DNA of 64,000 bases from Clostridiales bacterium (GTDB lineage: Bacteria; Bacillota; Clostridia; Christensenellales; Borkfalkiaceae). Under the pieces are notes generated by a model. That model was given only the letters and a program-made list of their open reading frames with translations, did not search any database and was not told where the DNA came from. Shown here piece after piece: positions 19,896 to 28,685 of the stretch (position 1 is the stretch's first letter; every line of letters begins with the position of its first letter). The translations under genes were made by a program, and so were the position numbers. Where the stretch lies: positions 96,503-160,502 of the forward strand of contig SVHN01000003.1 of NCBI GenBank assembly GCA_015055805.1, in the 5' to 3' direction.

Positions 19896-22033
19896 CAGTT
19901 TGCCGTCCTAAACACGTCTATAATCTTGGAATCCTGTTTAAGTTTAGTCAGTAGACTGTTAAGTTCGTCTTTACTGTTTAATCTAATATTAAAGTCTACC
20001 GTTGCCTGCTTGGTCTTATTATCCGTCCTACCGTTGGTGGATACGATTTCTAGGTTAAGCTGCGCAACTGCGGCCGCAACTACCGACAGCACTTCTATCT
20101 GCGTGCTACCAACCACCTTTATACTTGCGTTATAAGCGTTGCCAGCGTCTTCTGCCCAGCTGACTTCAATCAATCTTCCGTCTTCGACGTGTTTTAGGTT
20201 GGGACAGTCGTGCCTATGCACGGTTACGCCGTGACCACGAGATATAAAGCCTATAATTTCGTCACCCGGAACGGGGTTACAACAGCCTGCAAAACGCACC
20301 AAAAGTCCTGCCATGCCCTTGACTTTTACGCCACCAGAGTTTTTGGACGTACTTCTAATAAACTTGGTAATTTCCTGCTGTGGCTGGCTCTTTCTATAAA
20401 AGTCGATAAACTTCACGATAACGTGGTTTACCGTTACCGCGCCGTAACCGATTGATGCAAACATTTCGTCTTGGCTATTAAAGGACATCTTTGCCGAAAC
20501 GTATTCAAACGCCTCTTCGGTAATGAGTTCGGACAGCGAATAGCCCCTACGTTTGGCTTCCGCCTCGAACATAACCCTACCCATCTTGACGTTTTCTTCT
20601 TTCATTTCGCGCTTAAAGAACTGTTTTATCTTTACGCGCGCGCTTGAACTCTTAACGATTTTCAGCCAGTCCCAAGACGGACCTTTTGAACTTTGCGAAG
20701 TTATTATGTCAACCACGTCGCCAACCTGCAACACGGTGTTTAAGGGGACCATTTTTGAGTTTACTTTTGCGCCTACGCACTTGTTCCCGACTGCCGAGTG
20801 TATGCTGTACGCAAAGTCTAACGGCGTTGCGTCTTTTGGTAGACTTATAACGTCGCCCTTAGGCGTGAACACCAAGACTTCCGAACTGTAAATATCGCCC
20901 TTTAACGAGTTAAGAAATTCCTTACTGTCCTTTAAGCCGCCCTGCCACTCCATAACTTCCCTTATCCAGGAAAGGCGCGTATCAAGGTCGTCTGCCTCTT
21001 TCTTGTTTTCTTTATACTTCCAATGCGCCGCAATACCGTATTCGGCGGCGTGGTTCATTTCGTACGTTCTTATCTGTATCTCAAAGACCCTACCGAAGTT
21101 GGTTACGACGGTAGTATGCAGAGAACGGTACATGTTAGGTTTAGGCGTCGCTATATAGTCTTTAATTCTACCGGGAACGGGCTTCCACTTGTTGTGAATT
21201 TTTCCGAACACTTCGTAGCACTCGTCAACCGTATTGACGATAACCCTAATAGCGACGATATCGTATATCTGATCGAGCGTTTTATTGCGCTCTTTCATCT
21301 TTCTATAAATACTGTAAAGGTGTTTTCTTCTACCGAAAACTTCGCCCGACACGCCTGAGTCGGAAAGCATCTTATTGACTTCTTCAACGACGTGGTCGAC
21401 AAGTTCAAGGTTTTCTTTTAATCGTTCGTCGATATTGATAGATAAATACTCGTAAAATTCAGGCTCTAAATATTTTAGGCACAAGTCTTCGAGTTCACAC
21501 TTTATCTGAGAGATACCTAGTCTATCGGCAAGCGGCGCGTAAACGTCGAGCGTTTCCCTTGCCATGCGTTGCTGACGTTCGATTGAAAGGAAGTTTAATG
21601 ATCGCATATTATGCAATCTATCGGCAAGTTTGATTATGATAACCCTAATATCCTTTGCCATTGCGACGAAGATTTTACGGAAGTTTTCCGCCTGCTCTTC
21701 TTCCTTTGAGTGGAACTGAATTTTTTCTAGTTTGGTTACGCCGACAACAAGTTCTAAAACTTCTTCGCCGAACTCTTTCCTTATATCGCCTTCGGATACT
21801 GGTGTATCTTCAATTACGTCATGCAAAAAAGCCGCGGCAACGGTTGCGGCGTCTAGCCCTAAATCAACCAAAATGCCCGCGACTGTACACGGGTGAATAA
21901 AATACTCTTCACCCGACGCGCGTTTTTGCTTTTCGTGCGCTTTCCTTGCAAAGTCGTAAGCGCGCTTTAATAAAGACAAATCTTTTCCGTTATAAGTGTT
22001 TTCAAGCCTTTGTAAAATTTCAAACATAATCAA
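19895..22033 (-). CDS. relA: Bifunctional (p)ppGpp synthetase/hydrolase (RelA/SpoT homolog)
   Basis: HD hydrolase domain (HPCTVAGIL..FLHDVIEDT), synthetase domain (YRSLHTTV), and TGS and ACT regions. Confidence 0.95.
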   Translation of the reverse strand: MIMFEILQRLENTYNGKDLSLLKRAYDFARKAHEKQKRASGEEYFIHPCTVAGILVDLGLDAATVAAAFLHDVIEDTPVSEGDIRKEFGEEVLELVVGVTKLEKIQFHSKEEEQAENFRKIFVAMAKDIRVIIIKLADRLHNMRSLNFLSIERQQRMARETLDVYAPLADRLGISQIKCELEDLCLKYLEPEFYEYLSINIDERLKENLELVDHVVEEVNKMLSDSGVSGEVFGRRKHLYSIYRKMKERNKTLDQIYDIVAIRVIVNTVDECYEVFGKIHNKWKPVPGRIKDYIATPKPNMYRSLHTTVVTNFGRVFEIQIRTYEMNHAAEYGIAAHWKYKENKKEADDLDTRLSWIREVMEWQGGLKDSKEFLNSLKGDIYSSEVLVFTPKGDVISLPKDATPLDFAYSIHSAVGNKCVGAKVNSKMVPLNTVLQVGDVVDIITSQSSKGPSWDWLKIVKSSSARVKIKQFFKREMKEENVKMGRVMFEAEAKRRGYSLSELITEEAFEYVSAKMSFNSQDEMFASIGYGAVTVNHVIVKFIDFYRKSQPQQEITKFIRSTSKNSGGVKVKGMAGLLVRFAGCCNPVPGDEIIGFISRGHGVTVHRHDCPNLKHVEDGRLIEVSWAEDAGNAYNASIKVVGSTQIEVLSVVAAAVAQLNLEIVSTNGRTDNKTKQATVDFNIRLNSKDELNSLLTKLKQDSKIIDVFRTAN

Positions 22034-24312
22034 CCTTTAATTAGATAAATTTTACTATATACTTTTGAATTTGTCAATGCGTTTTTAATTTTTTCGTCGT
22101 AAGTCAGCACGTTGTTTAGGATTTTGAATATGCCTAGTTCTAAAAAAGTCTCTAAACAGAATATCGCCTGATAAATTTCGTTATCACTAAAATGTTTTAG
22201 CGCAAACTGCGCCGTTGACTTTATCGTCTTTCCTTTCAATCCTAAAAGTTTATTAAAATACTCGGCGAAAACCGATCTTTCCGTACTGACGTTACTTATA
22301 AAACTATATCCACACACGCTATCAACCACTTTTATTTTAGCGTTAGTATTGATTAATCCTAGCGGCTTATCTATGTAAAGCACGGTGTCAAATCCGTCGG
22401 GAATTACTTTCGGCGACACCAAAACGACTGCGCCACCCACCTTGTCGGTAGTAAACGCGTCGGTTTTAATATTAGCAAGTTCGGGGTATAGTTTAAGGTT
22501 TTCGGGATTAGATACAGCGAAAGCCGTACCGTTTTTAATTAGTGATTTTACCTGTTCTTTATCAATAGTTTGAAAGTTTTTTCCTATCTCAAATTTAAGT
22601 TTTGATATCTCGTTTTCAAAGACGTGTGGCATTAAAGCCGAAAAGTCGCCATAGTCTGCCGTAACGTTTCTGACGTAGCCTTTAAGCGATTCTCTGTTTC
22701 TGTACACCGAAAGATTTAGTTCAAAAACCACCTTTTTCTTTATAGGTAAAGACAACGTATACACGTTCTTTTCGCCGTTAAAATCAAGCATTTCTAAAAC
22801 GTCCGTTCTGTAAGAATAGTGGTTAGAACCTGCCTTTAACGGCAACGACTCGATAGCATCGACTTCGGTAGTAAATACCGGTCTGCGGTTACCTATGCCG
22901 AACGGCTCTAATTCGTCTATTTCACGGGCAAACCTTAGTGATAACGGTTTATCCACGTTCCACTCGGCAAATATGGTTTTATCACCGTCGGGAATATAAT
23001 CGAGATTATTTACGAACCTGTTCAACGCATTAGATAGAGCAGAAAAATTTTCTTTACTAACAGATACGCCTGCCGCCTGAGCATGTCCGCCAAACGACAG
23101 CAATATATCCTTAGCAGAAGTTATAGCGTCGTGAATATTAACGCCGTCCACACTTCTTGCAGATCCTTTATAATATCCGTCGTAACCAGCAAAAACTATG
23201 ACGGGGCGACTGTAATCTTCCACTAGTTTTGCAGCTACGATCCCCACGAACCCTGCCTGCCACTTTTCGTCCTTAACCATAATGACGGCGTTTTCGTCCA
23301 AGCGGTCACGACTTATCATTTCCTTGGCTTGGTGATAAATATTATCACATTCCATTTGCCTTGCAACGTTATATTCGCTAAGTTTTGCCGCAAGGTCAAA
23401 TATTTTGTTGGGATCTTCGGTAGTAAAAATTTTAAGCGAAGTTGCCGCATCACCCATTCTGCCCCCTGCATTTATTCGGGGCGCAATGACGTAGGCTAGG
23501 GTCTGAGCGGTAATCTGTTTATTGTTATCGCCAAGAAGATATTTGAACGATAGTCTTTGTGTTCTTTGGTTATTAAGAAGTTTTAAGCCTTCAACGACGA
23601 TATCGCGGTTTTCCTTTACTAGGTCCATACTATCGGCAACCGTAGCAAGCGCAACGTAGTCTAGATATTTATCCGCCGCATCACTTATTAAAGCCCTACC
23701 TAGTTTATAAGCGACGCCTGCGCCGCATAAACCGTCAAACGGATAGTCTTGTCCGCTAAGTTTTGGGTTTATACATATCGTATCGGGAATTTCCGTAGGC
23801 GGTTCGTGGTGGTCGGTAACTATAACGTCTATGTCGTTATCATTTAAGATTTTTATTTTGTCCTTGTCGCTTATACCGCAGTCGACGGTTATCATCAACT
23901 TTAAGTCGTGATTAGCGTTGAGTTTTTCTATCGTATCAAGATTTATTCCGTACCCTTCTTCACGTTCGGGAACGTAGATATCTGCATTAATTCCAAACTC
24001 TTTAAGACAATAATACAGTACGGTAGTTGCACATACGCCGTCTGCGTCGTAATCACCGAACACTAAAACTCGTTCATTATTTAGTTTTGCCTCTTCAATC
24101 CTTTCCACAGCGTCTTTCATACCCGACAATAAAAACGGATCTAAAAAACCGCTTTTACCGGGCGATAAAAACGCCTTGGCTTTATCTACGGTATCAATAT
24201 CTCTATACAGCAAAAGGCGTGCGGTATCAAACATGATATCGCATGCGCTTGCTATTTCCCCTACCGTTTGCGTTTGCTGTGGGGTTAAAGTTTTGCCGTA
24301 GACAATTTTCAT
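22030..24312 (-). CDS. recJ: Single-stranded-DNA-specific exonuclease RecJ (long form)
   Basis: DHH motifs (VFGDYDADGV, ITVDCG, VTDHHEP) and a DHHA1 domain (GGHAQAAG). Confidence 0.9.
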   Translation of the reverse strand: MKIVYGKTLTPQQTQTVGEIASACDIMFDTARLLLYRDIDTVDKAKAFLSPGKSGFLDPFLLSGMKDAVERIEEAKLNNERVLVFGDYDADGVCATTVLYYCLKEFGINADIYVPEREEGYGINLDTIEKLNANHDLKLMITVDCGISDKDKIKILNDNDIDVIVTDHHEPPTEIPDTICINPKLSGQDYPFDGLCGAGVAYKLGRALISDAADKYLDYVALATVADSMDLVKENRDIVVEGLKLLNNQRTQRLSFKYLLGDNNKQITAQTLAYVIAPRINAGGRMGDAATSLKIFTTEDPNKIFDLAAKLSEYNVARQMECDNIYHQAKEMISRDRLDENAVIMVKDEKWQAGFVGIVAAKLVEDYSRPVIVFAGYDGYYKGSARSVDGVNIHDAITSAKDILLSFGGHAQAAGVSVSKENFSALSNALNRFVNNLDYIPDGDKTIFAEWNVDKPLSLRFAREIDELEPFGIGNRRPVFTTEVDAIESLPLKAGSNHYSYRTDVLEMLDFNGEKNVYTLSLPIKKKVVFELNLSVYRNRESLKGYVRNVTADYGDFSALMPHVFENEISKLKFEIGKNFQTIDKEQVKSLIKNGTAFAVSNPENLKLYPELANIKTDAFTTDKVGGAVVLVSPKVIPDGFDTVLYIDKPLGLINTNAKIKVVDSVCGYSFISNVSTERSVFAEYFNKLLGLKGKTIKSTAQFALKHFSDNEIYQAIFCLETFLELGIFKILNNVLTYDEKIKNALTNSKVYSKIYLIKG

Positions 24313-24397
24313 AATTTCCCTATTTAAACCGAATAAGGCGGAAAGATTTTCCGCCTTAATTTTTTAGCAGATTAGCCTTATTCTGTAAGATTTAAGA

Positions 24398-25300
24398 CTA
24401 TTTGTTTTTGCCTGATTTGATTGCAGACCATACGAGCGGTGTCATAAAATACGACGAGAACGCTGCCGAAACGCCTGCAACTATAAGCTGCGCGCCTGCA
24501 TACATTGCATAAGGAAGTGCAAAACCGATAAGCGCAACACCTGCAAGGGCGATTGCTGCAACGACCATAACGTATCTTAAAATTTCAATCACCGAAACCT
24601 TATCTGCAACTTCTTTTACCGACAATTTTTGGTTTGAAGTATTTTTAAGTTCTTCCTTGCATCTTCTAAGCGTCATAATCGAAAGACCTGCGCCGACCAA
24701 AATTGAAACGGCAAGGTTTATTCCGAAAAACGGATTTGCAGGAAGACGGGTTATAGCCATAAGTGCAACGAACGTAAGAGCAGACAACAGCGTCGTGCAA
24801 AGAGTCGCGACTGATGCTGCGAGTTTTTCCATTATAAGAACGTAAATGAAAGCCGCAACTATTGCTATGCCGAGTGCTAATATTATCCACCAAACGTTAA
24901 ACTCAACGTCGTTTTTAAGCTGATATACGCCGACCGTAACGTCAACTATACTCAAACTTTCCGCGTCAAGTTTTGCCCTTAACGTTTCTTGAAGTCCTGC
25001 AAGATCAGCAGTTACGTCAGTATTGAATTTGTAAACGATAGTTTTGCCGTCGTCCATTTCTTGAGCAGTACCGCAAGCAGCGTCGATACCTTTATCACTT
25101 AAATATGCATCGGTTGCGTCCTTAACGATCTTAGCCGATTCGCTTGCGTCTTGATCAACGCTTACTTGTAGTTCGTATCCGTCTGCATAGTCAACCGTTT
25201 GATTTAGTCCGAAAACGCCGAGTAGTGCCATACCTGCAACTAAGATTACCAGAGCTGCTATTATGAAAAACTTCATTTTACTCATAACGCCTTTTTTCAT
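24398..25300 (-). CDS. secF: Protein translocase subunit SecF (divergent)
   Basis: N-terminal TM helix, a periplasmic loop and five C-terminal TM helices. It lies immediately after secD, with a GGAGGTG SD inside the end of secD. The usual ..INDTIVVFDRIRE.. motif is not recognisable. Confidence 0.65.
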   Translation of the reverse strand: MKKGVMSKMKFFIIAALVILVAGMALLGVFGLNQTVDYADGYELQVSVDQDASESAKIVKDATDAYLSDKGIDAACGTAQEMDDGKTIVYKFNTDVTADLAGLQETLRAKLDAESLSIVDVTVGVYQLKNDVEFNVWWIILALGIAIVAAFIYVLIMEKLAASVATLCTTLLSALTFVALMAITRLPANPFFGINLAVSILVGAGLSIMTLRRCKEELKNTSNQKLSVKEVADKVSVIEILRYVMVVAAIALAGVALIGFALPYAMYAGAQLIVAGVSAAFSSYFMTPLVWSAIKSGKNK

Positions 25301-25301
25301 A

Positions 25302-26615
25302 TTACACCTCCGCCTTCTTCATATTTAGGAATTTTTCTTTATTTTTAACGAGAGGAAGAATAAGCGCGGTAAACATTCTAGTAAACACGAGCGTTGCTAT
25401 GAGTGAAATGATAACGCCGATACCCATAGTGATTGCAAAGCCTTTAAGCGCGCCTTTTGCAAACGCAAGTAGGCAGATTGCAACGAATCCTGCGACGACG
25501 TTTACGCCGATTACCGGAATCAACGACTGACCAAAGCCCTTGTTTATTGCTGCTTTTACCGTCTTTTCGCTGTAAGCGTATTCTTCTTTTACCCTACCGC
25601 AAGTAATTATCATACCTACAGTAACAAGTAGTAACGCCACGACTATACCGATAACGCCGCCGAGCGACATAACGATATTCGGAACGGCAATCATCATCCA
25701 AATTTCTGCAAGCATAAAAAGTAACGTCGATATAGCCGCTATAATACCAAACCCTTTATAGCAAAGGATAAGCGCGACCATAATTACTACCAAAAGTGCA
25801 GCGACTGCTATTGCGCAACGCGTTGCTACTGCATCGCCGTAAGGTGAAGTTACCGATACGGGATCTGATAGTTCATACTTATATGCTAGTCCGCCAGACT
25901 TCATCTGAAGAACTAGACGGTTTGCAGATTCTTCGTCGGATATACCGCTAATACCAAGAATATTGCCGTCGAAAGCGTTTGCCGTTATAGTGGTGTTGAA
26001 AAGAACGTTTTCTTCACCGTTAGCGTTTTCACCGCAAACTATCTTAAGATAGTAGGTATCTTCCGCCTCAATAGCCGCGACCAAAGCGTCTTTTGCCTCT
26101 TGGGTGAACTCAATGGTTATCGCATAGTTGTTTTCCGCCTGCATTCCTAAGAACTGCGCGTCGGCAACGACTTCCATATCAGCAAGAATTTCCGTGGTCG
26201 GGTTTTCTGCCGAACCGCCGAAGAATTCCACTTCGCCGTAAGCAACTATCGCTGCGATATCAGAGTTTAGGCTTTCGGTCGTTTTGGTTTCGATTCTTAT
26301 ATCGTAATCTTCAACGCCTTCTTCCGTACTCATTAACGCTTTAACAGAAAAAACTGAATATCCGAGTTCGTTGAGTCTGTATTCAAGCGTTTCAACTACC
26401 TCGTCTATATCTTCGACTTCTTCTTCGTTATCCGCAGCGAGCTTTAACGTGTAAGCCGTACCGCCCTCGATATCGTAATCGAGTTCGATTGCACGCAACG
26501 CGGAATTGTAAGTCTTAATTTCGCCGACAGGAAAACGAACGAAGGTTAGCACCAATAAAATAGCCACCAACGCGCTTATTATCGACAATAAAGTTATTGA
26601 CTTTCCTCTACTCAT
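25302..26615 (-). CDS. secD: Protein translocase subunit SecD (divergent)
   Basis: The C-terminal TM bundle can be aligned by eye to SecD (..CYKGFGIIA.., ..KGFAITMGIGVIISL..TRMF). The secDF-recJ-relA gene order matches Bacillus. Confidence 0.7.
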   Translation of the reverse strand: MSRGKSITLLSIISALVAILLVLTFVRFPVGEIKTYNSALRAIELDYDIEGGTAYTLKLAADNEEEVEDIDEVVETLEYRLNELGYSVFSVKALMSTEEGVEDYDIRIETKTTESLNSDIAAIVAYGEVEFFGGSAENPTTEILADMEVVADAQFLGMQAENNYAITIEFTQEAKDALVAAIEAEDTYYLKIVCGENANGEENVLFNTTITANAFDGNILGISGISDEESANRLVLQMKSGGLAYKYELSDPVSVTSPYGDAVATRCAIAVAALLVVIMVALILCYKGFGIIAAISTLLFMLAEIWMMIAVPNIVMSLGGVIGIVVALLLVTVGMIITCGRVKEEYAYSEKTVKAAINKGFGQSLIPVIGVNVVAGFVAICLLAFAKGALKGFAITMGIGVIISLIATLVFTRMFTALILPLVKNKEKFLNMKKAEV

Positions 26616-26790
26616 TTTTGCCTCCTACGAAAAGGCTGTACTTTTCGCTATATTATAACAAGCCTATCCTAAGAATTATATAACATCGAACGGCATTTGG
26701 TCAATGAAAAATTCGGTTTTTTTTGGATTTTCTGTCTTTTTTATCCAAATTTTTAATTTTTTACCGTCTTTTTTAAATTTTTCGCTTTAC

Positions 26791-27879
26791 TTAAAGTAAA
26801 GTCAGTAGCGCAATTCCCACAGCCAAAGCTATCGCGCCGAACACCACGCCGAGAATTTTCGGCACGGATTTGGGATATTTTCCGCTAACCTTTCCCGTTT
26901 CGCCGTTGACGTAAAAATTGTACACCTTTTTGTTGTACTTATAATTTCCAACGTATACGGGTAGCATAACGTACTTATAAGTTACCCCTTCGTGCGCCGT
27001 GGAAACGTTAAAGTATGCAACCTTATCGTAAACGTACTGCGAGAGTATGCCTCGTTTAATCTCTGCATCCATAATGGTTTTTGCATCAGACCAACACTCG
27101 GTCAATTCTTGATCGTAATGATACGCCATAAAACCGAGCATATACTTTTCTTCGTACTCTTTGCTGGCGTTAGTTGAAAAGGGTTGAATTTTATTTAAGA
27201 CTTTTTGACCGAGTTTCTCTCCCGCGGTGATAAGCACGTCGTCAAAGTTATAGTAATATCTTCCCCTAACGTTTCGCCATATAACGTAAGTTTGTACTCT
27301 TTTATTCTTTCCAGAGCCTACCGTTCTAGTGTGCGTAGTTCCTAACCGCGCCTCGTAGTAAGACGACGTTCTGCTATCGAAAGTAAAACACGGCGAATAC
27401 ACGCCCTTTACGTTTTCGGTAACTAGTTTTTTCTTGAACTTATTAGGTGCAAAAAATCTCTTTTTAGCCCACGTGCGGCTGTACTCTAACGACTTATCCA
27501 AATCAAAGGAAAAAGGAATAAGCGCGTTGGGCTTTACGCCTGCAAGTTCGTCGGTCTTTCTTACATGATAAGTACCGCAAAACGGACAAGACTTTGCCGT
27601 CTCTCCGTTTTTTAAAACTACCTTTGCGCCGCAATTTTCACAAGCGAAAACTACGGCTTCTTCCGCCGTCCACTTAAACGACTCGTCAAAACCAGCGTTT
27701 ATGTCTATTTCCTTTGCGAAAACGTCAGTTGCAAAACTTTTTTTTGTTCCGCAATGCGGACATTCGAGCATTTGCGTATCAGGATCGAAAACCATATTCG
27801 ACCCACAAGCTTCGCATTTTATAGACTCGTTATCAACCTGCTTTTGTTCTTCTTCAAAAGCACCGATATTTTCTTCCAT
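26791..27879 (-). CDS. Zinc-ribbon membrane protein (two CxxC..CxxC ribbons, C-terminal TM anchor), uncharacterised
   Basis: CEACGSN..CPHCGT and CENCGAK..CPFCGT, then a roughly 230-aa Tyr-rich domain and the tail ILGVVFGAIALAVGIALLTLL. Confidence 0.6.
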   Translation of the reverse strand: MEENIGAFEEEQKQVDNESIKCEACGSNMVFDPDTQMLECPHCGTKKSFATDVFAKEIDINAGFDESFKWTAEEAVVFACENCGAKVVLKNGETAKSCPFCGTYHVRKTDELAGVKPNALIPFSFDLDKSLEYSRTWAKKRFFAPNKFKKKLVTENVKGVYSPCFTFDSRTSSYYEARLGTTHTRTVGSGKNKRVQTYVIWRNVRGRYYYNFDDVLITAGEKLGQKVLNKIQPFSTNASKEYEEKYMLGFMAYHYDQELTECWSDAKTIMDAEIKRGILSQYVYDKVAYFNVSTAHEGVTYKYVMLPVYVGNYKYNKKVYNFYVNGETGKVSGKYPKSVPKILGVVFGAIALAVGIALLTLL

Positions 27880-27882
27880 AAA

Positions 27883-28083
27883 TTATTCTTCTATATCGTT
27901 TAATTCTTTGAGCATTTCTTCAAGGTCTGCGCCGTGAACGTCAGCCGCTTCGCCAACGGTTTCACCGTGAGCAAGCGCACAACCTAAGCAATGCATGCCG
28001 TGCGACATAAGAATTTCACCAGCCTTGGGATTCAACTGAATTGCTTCAAAAATAGTAGTGTTTTCCGTGATTTTGTTTGCCAT
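27883..28083 (-). CDS. DUF1858 / hybrid-cluster-protein-associated redox-disulfide-type small protein
   Basis: 66 aa with a typical T.IFEAI...P.A.EIL...GMHCLGC..A..ET..EAA..HG pattern. SD is AAGGAGA. Confidence 0.7.
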   Translation of the reverse strand: MANKITENTTIFEAIQLNPKAGEILMSHGMHCLGCALAHGETVGEAADVHGADLEEMLKELNDIEE

Positions 28084-28165
28084 GATTTTATTCTCCTTAA
28101 AATTTAACTTTATTAATTATGTCTGATTTTGCTTAAATTTAACCACAAAATCGTCCATACTGATT

Positions 28166-28194
28166 ATTATATAATTATTTTTATTATAAGTCAA
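28166..28194 (-). promoter_or_regulatory. Putative sigma-A promoter for the DUF1858 / zinc-ribbon operon (TTGACT-17-TATAAT)
   Basis: On the minus strand, TTGACT is at 28194..28189 and TATAAT at 28171..28166, with exactly 17 nt between them. Confidence 0.5.
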
Positions 28195-28242
28195 TCGCTT
28201 ATACAAATTTTGCCGTATTAGTTTTTTAATATATTCTTAACT

Positions 28243-28278
28243 TCATCACCTGCTCCACGAAAAAAAGCGACCTTTTGG
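28243..28278 (+). repeat. 36-nt direct repeat, copy A (tRNA-Gly 3' 15 nt in plus orientation plus the 5' half of the terminator)
   Basis: TCATCACCTGCTCCACGAAAAAAAGCGACCTTTTGG is identical to 28357..28392. Confidence 0.9.
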
Positions 28279-28302
28279 GACATCTTCTCCATTTGATTAT
28301 CC

Positions 28303-28371
28303 GCTCGTGTAGTTTCCGTTGTTCGGAGAAGCTCCTCCGCTTTGCTACGGAGATTCTCATCACCTGCTCCA
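28303..28371 (+). pseudogene. Decayed tRNA-Gly-like sequence, convergent with the intact tRNA-Gly
   Basis: GCTCGTGTAGTTT (11 of 13 match the real 5' end) ... AGCTCCTCCGCT (real gene: AGCTTCCCAAGCT) ... GATTCTCATCACCTGCTCCA (20 of 20 match the real 3' end). D-stem and T-stem pairing is lost and two acceptor pairs are mismatched. Confidence 0.5.
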
Positions 28372-28392
28372 CGAAAAAAAGCGACCTTTTGG
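28357..28392 (+). repeat. 36-nt direct repeat, copy B
   Basis: Identical to 28243..28278, with a 114-nt period. Confidence 0.9.
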
Positions 28393-28400
28393 TCGCTTTT
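28374..28400. terminator. Bidirectional terminator shared by tRNA-Gly and the convergent tRNA-like remnant
   Basis: A7 - GCGACC - TTTT - GGTCGC - T4. On the minus strand the stem is followed by T7. Confidence 0.75.
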
Positions 28401-28401
28401 G

Positions 28402-28475
28402 TGGAGCAGGTGATGAGAATCGAACTCACAACCACAGCTTGGGAAGCTGTTGTTTTGCCACTAAACTACACCTGC
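28402..28475 (-). tRNA. tRNA-Gly (anticodon CCC), CCA encoded
   Basis: The reverse complement GCAGGTG-TA-GTTT-AGTGGCA-AAAC-A-ACAGC-TTCCCAA-GCTGT-GGTT-GTGAG-TTCGATT-CTCAT-CACCTGC-T-CCA folds as a 74-nt cloverleaf. The 7-nt anticodon loop is TT-CCC-AA, the discriminator is U, and the short variable arm is typical of tRNA-Gly. Confidence 0.9.
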
Positions 28476-28482
28476 ACGTCGG

Positions 28483-28542
28483 GACAAACTCCGCCACATA
28501 GCACTTTATCCTATCGGCTAAAGCGCAACTATGCTACGTTGT
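28483..28542. repeat. 60-nt imperfect direct repeat R1 (contains a hairpin)
   Basis: GACAAACTCCGCCACATAGCACTTTATCCTATCGGCTAAAGCGCAACTATGCTACGTTGT matches R2 at 54 of 60 positions. Confidence 0.85.
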
Positions 28543-28596
28543 CCCTCCTCTTTCCCAAAAATTTCTTCGACAATTTTTGGGATCCCTATTTTCTTT

Positions 28597-28656
28597 GACT
28601 AACTCCGCTACATAGCACTTTAACCTATCGTTTAAAGTGCAACTATGCTACGTTGT
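28597..28656. repeat. 60-nt imperfect direct repeat R2 (contains a hairpin)
   Basis: GACTAACTCCGCTACATAGCACTTTAACCTATCGTTTAAAGTGCAACTATGCTACGTTGT. Internal 9-bp inverted repeat GCACTTTAA / TTAAAGTGC plus CATA / TATG. The period relative to R1 is 114 nt. Confidence 0.85.
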
Positions 28657-28685
28657 TACCACTTGCAAATATTCTATGTAAGGTT

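Noticed and set aside
19281-24312. Overlapping and coupled genes (recJ/relA 4 nt, relA/MBL 1 nt, MBL/hemZ-like 8 nt) as possible frameshift or fusion events.
   Set aside because: Each ORF is full length with intact family motifs. Short ATGA-type overlaps are ordinary translational coupling.
28226-28598. Track ORFs 28226..28435 (-), 28275..28598 (+) and 28319..28501 (+) over the tRNA locus. Their repeated peptide KRSLFFVEQVM might suggest a repeat protein.
   Set aside because: They run through the tRNA gene, its terminator and the nucleotide repeats, and they have no SD. The peptide repeat simply mirrors the 36-nt DNA repeat, so they are not credible coding sequences.
28531-28602. Small ORF MLRCPSSFPKISSTIFGIPIFFD (23 aa) starting inside repeat R1. 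A second MLRC... ORF (15 aa) starts inside R2.
   Set aside because: Neither has a Shine-Dalgarno sequence. The shared MLRC start is a by-product of the DNA repeat, and the sequences diverge immediately outside it.
28243-28656. Possible CRISPR-like or other array, suggested by the repeats with a regular 114-nt period.
   Set aside because: Each repeat has only two copies, the two pairs are unrelated in sequence, they sit on either side of a tRNA, and the window has no cas genes. The repeat length and period also do not fit CRISPR geometry.
28661-28684. ACTTGCAAATATTCTATGTAAGGT partly resembles a Firmicutes dif/Xer site (shared ACTT.. arm and TATGTAA).
   Set aside because: It is about 4 nt shorter than the 28-nt dif consensus, the central region and the XerC arm do not align, and it sits between a promoter and a tRNA leader. 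The match is too weak to call.
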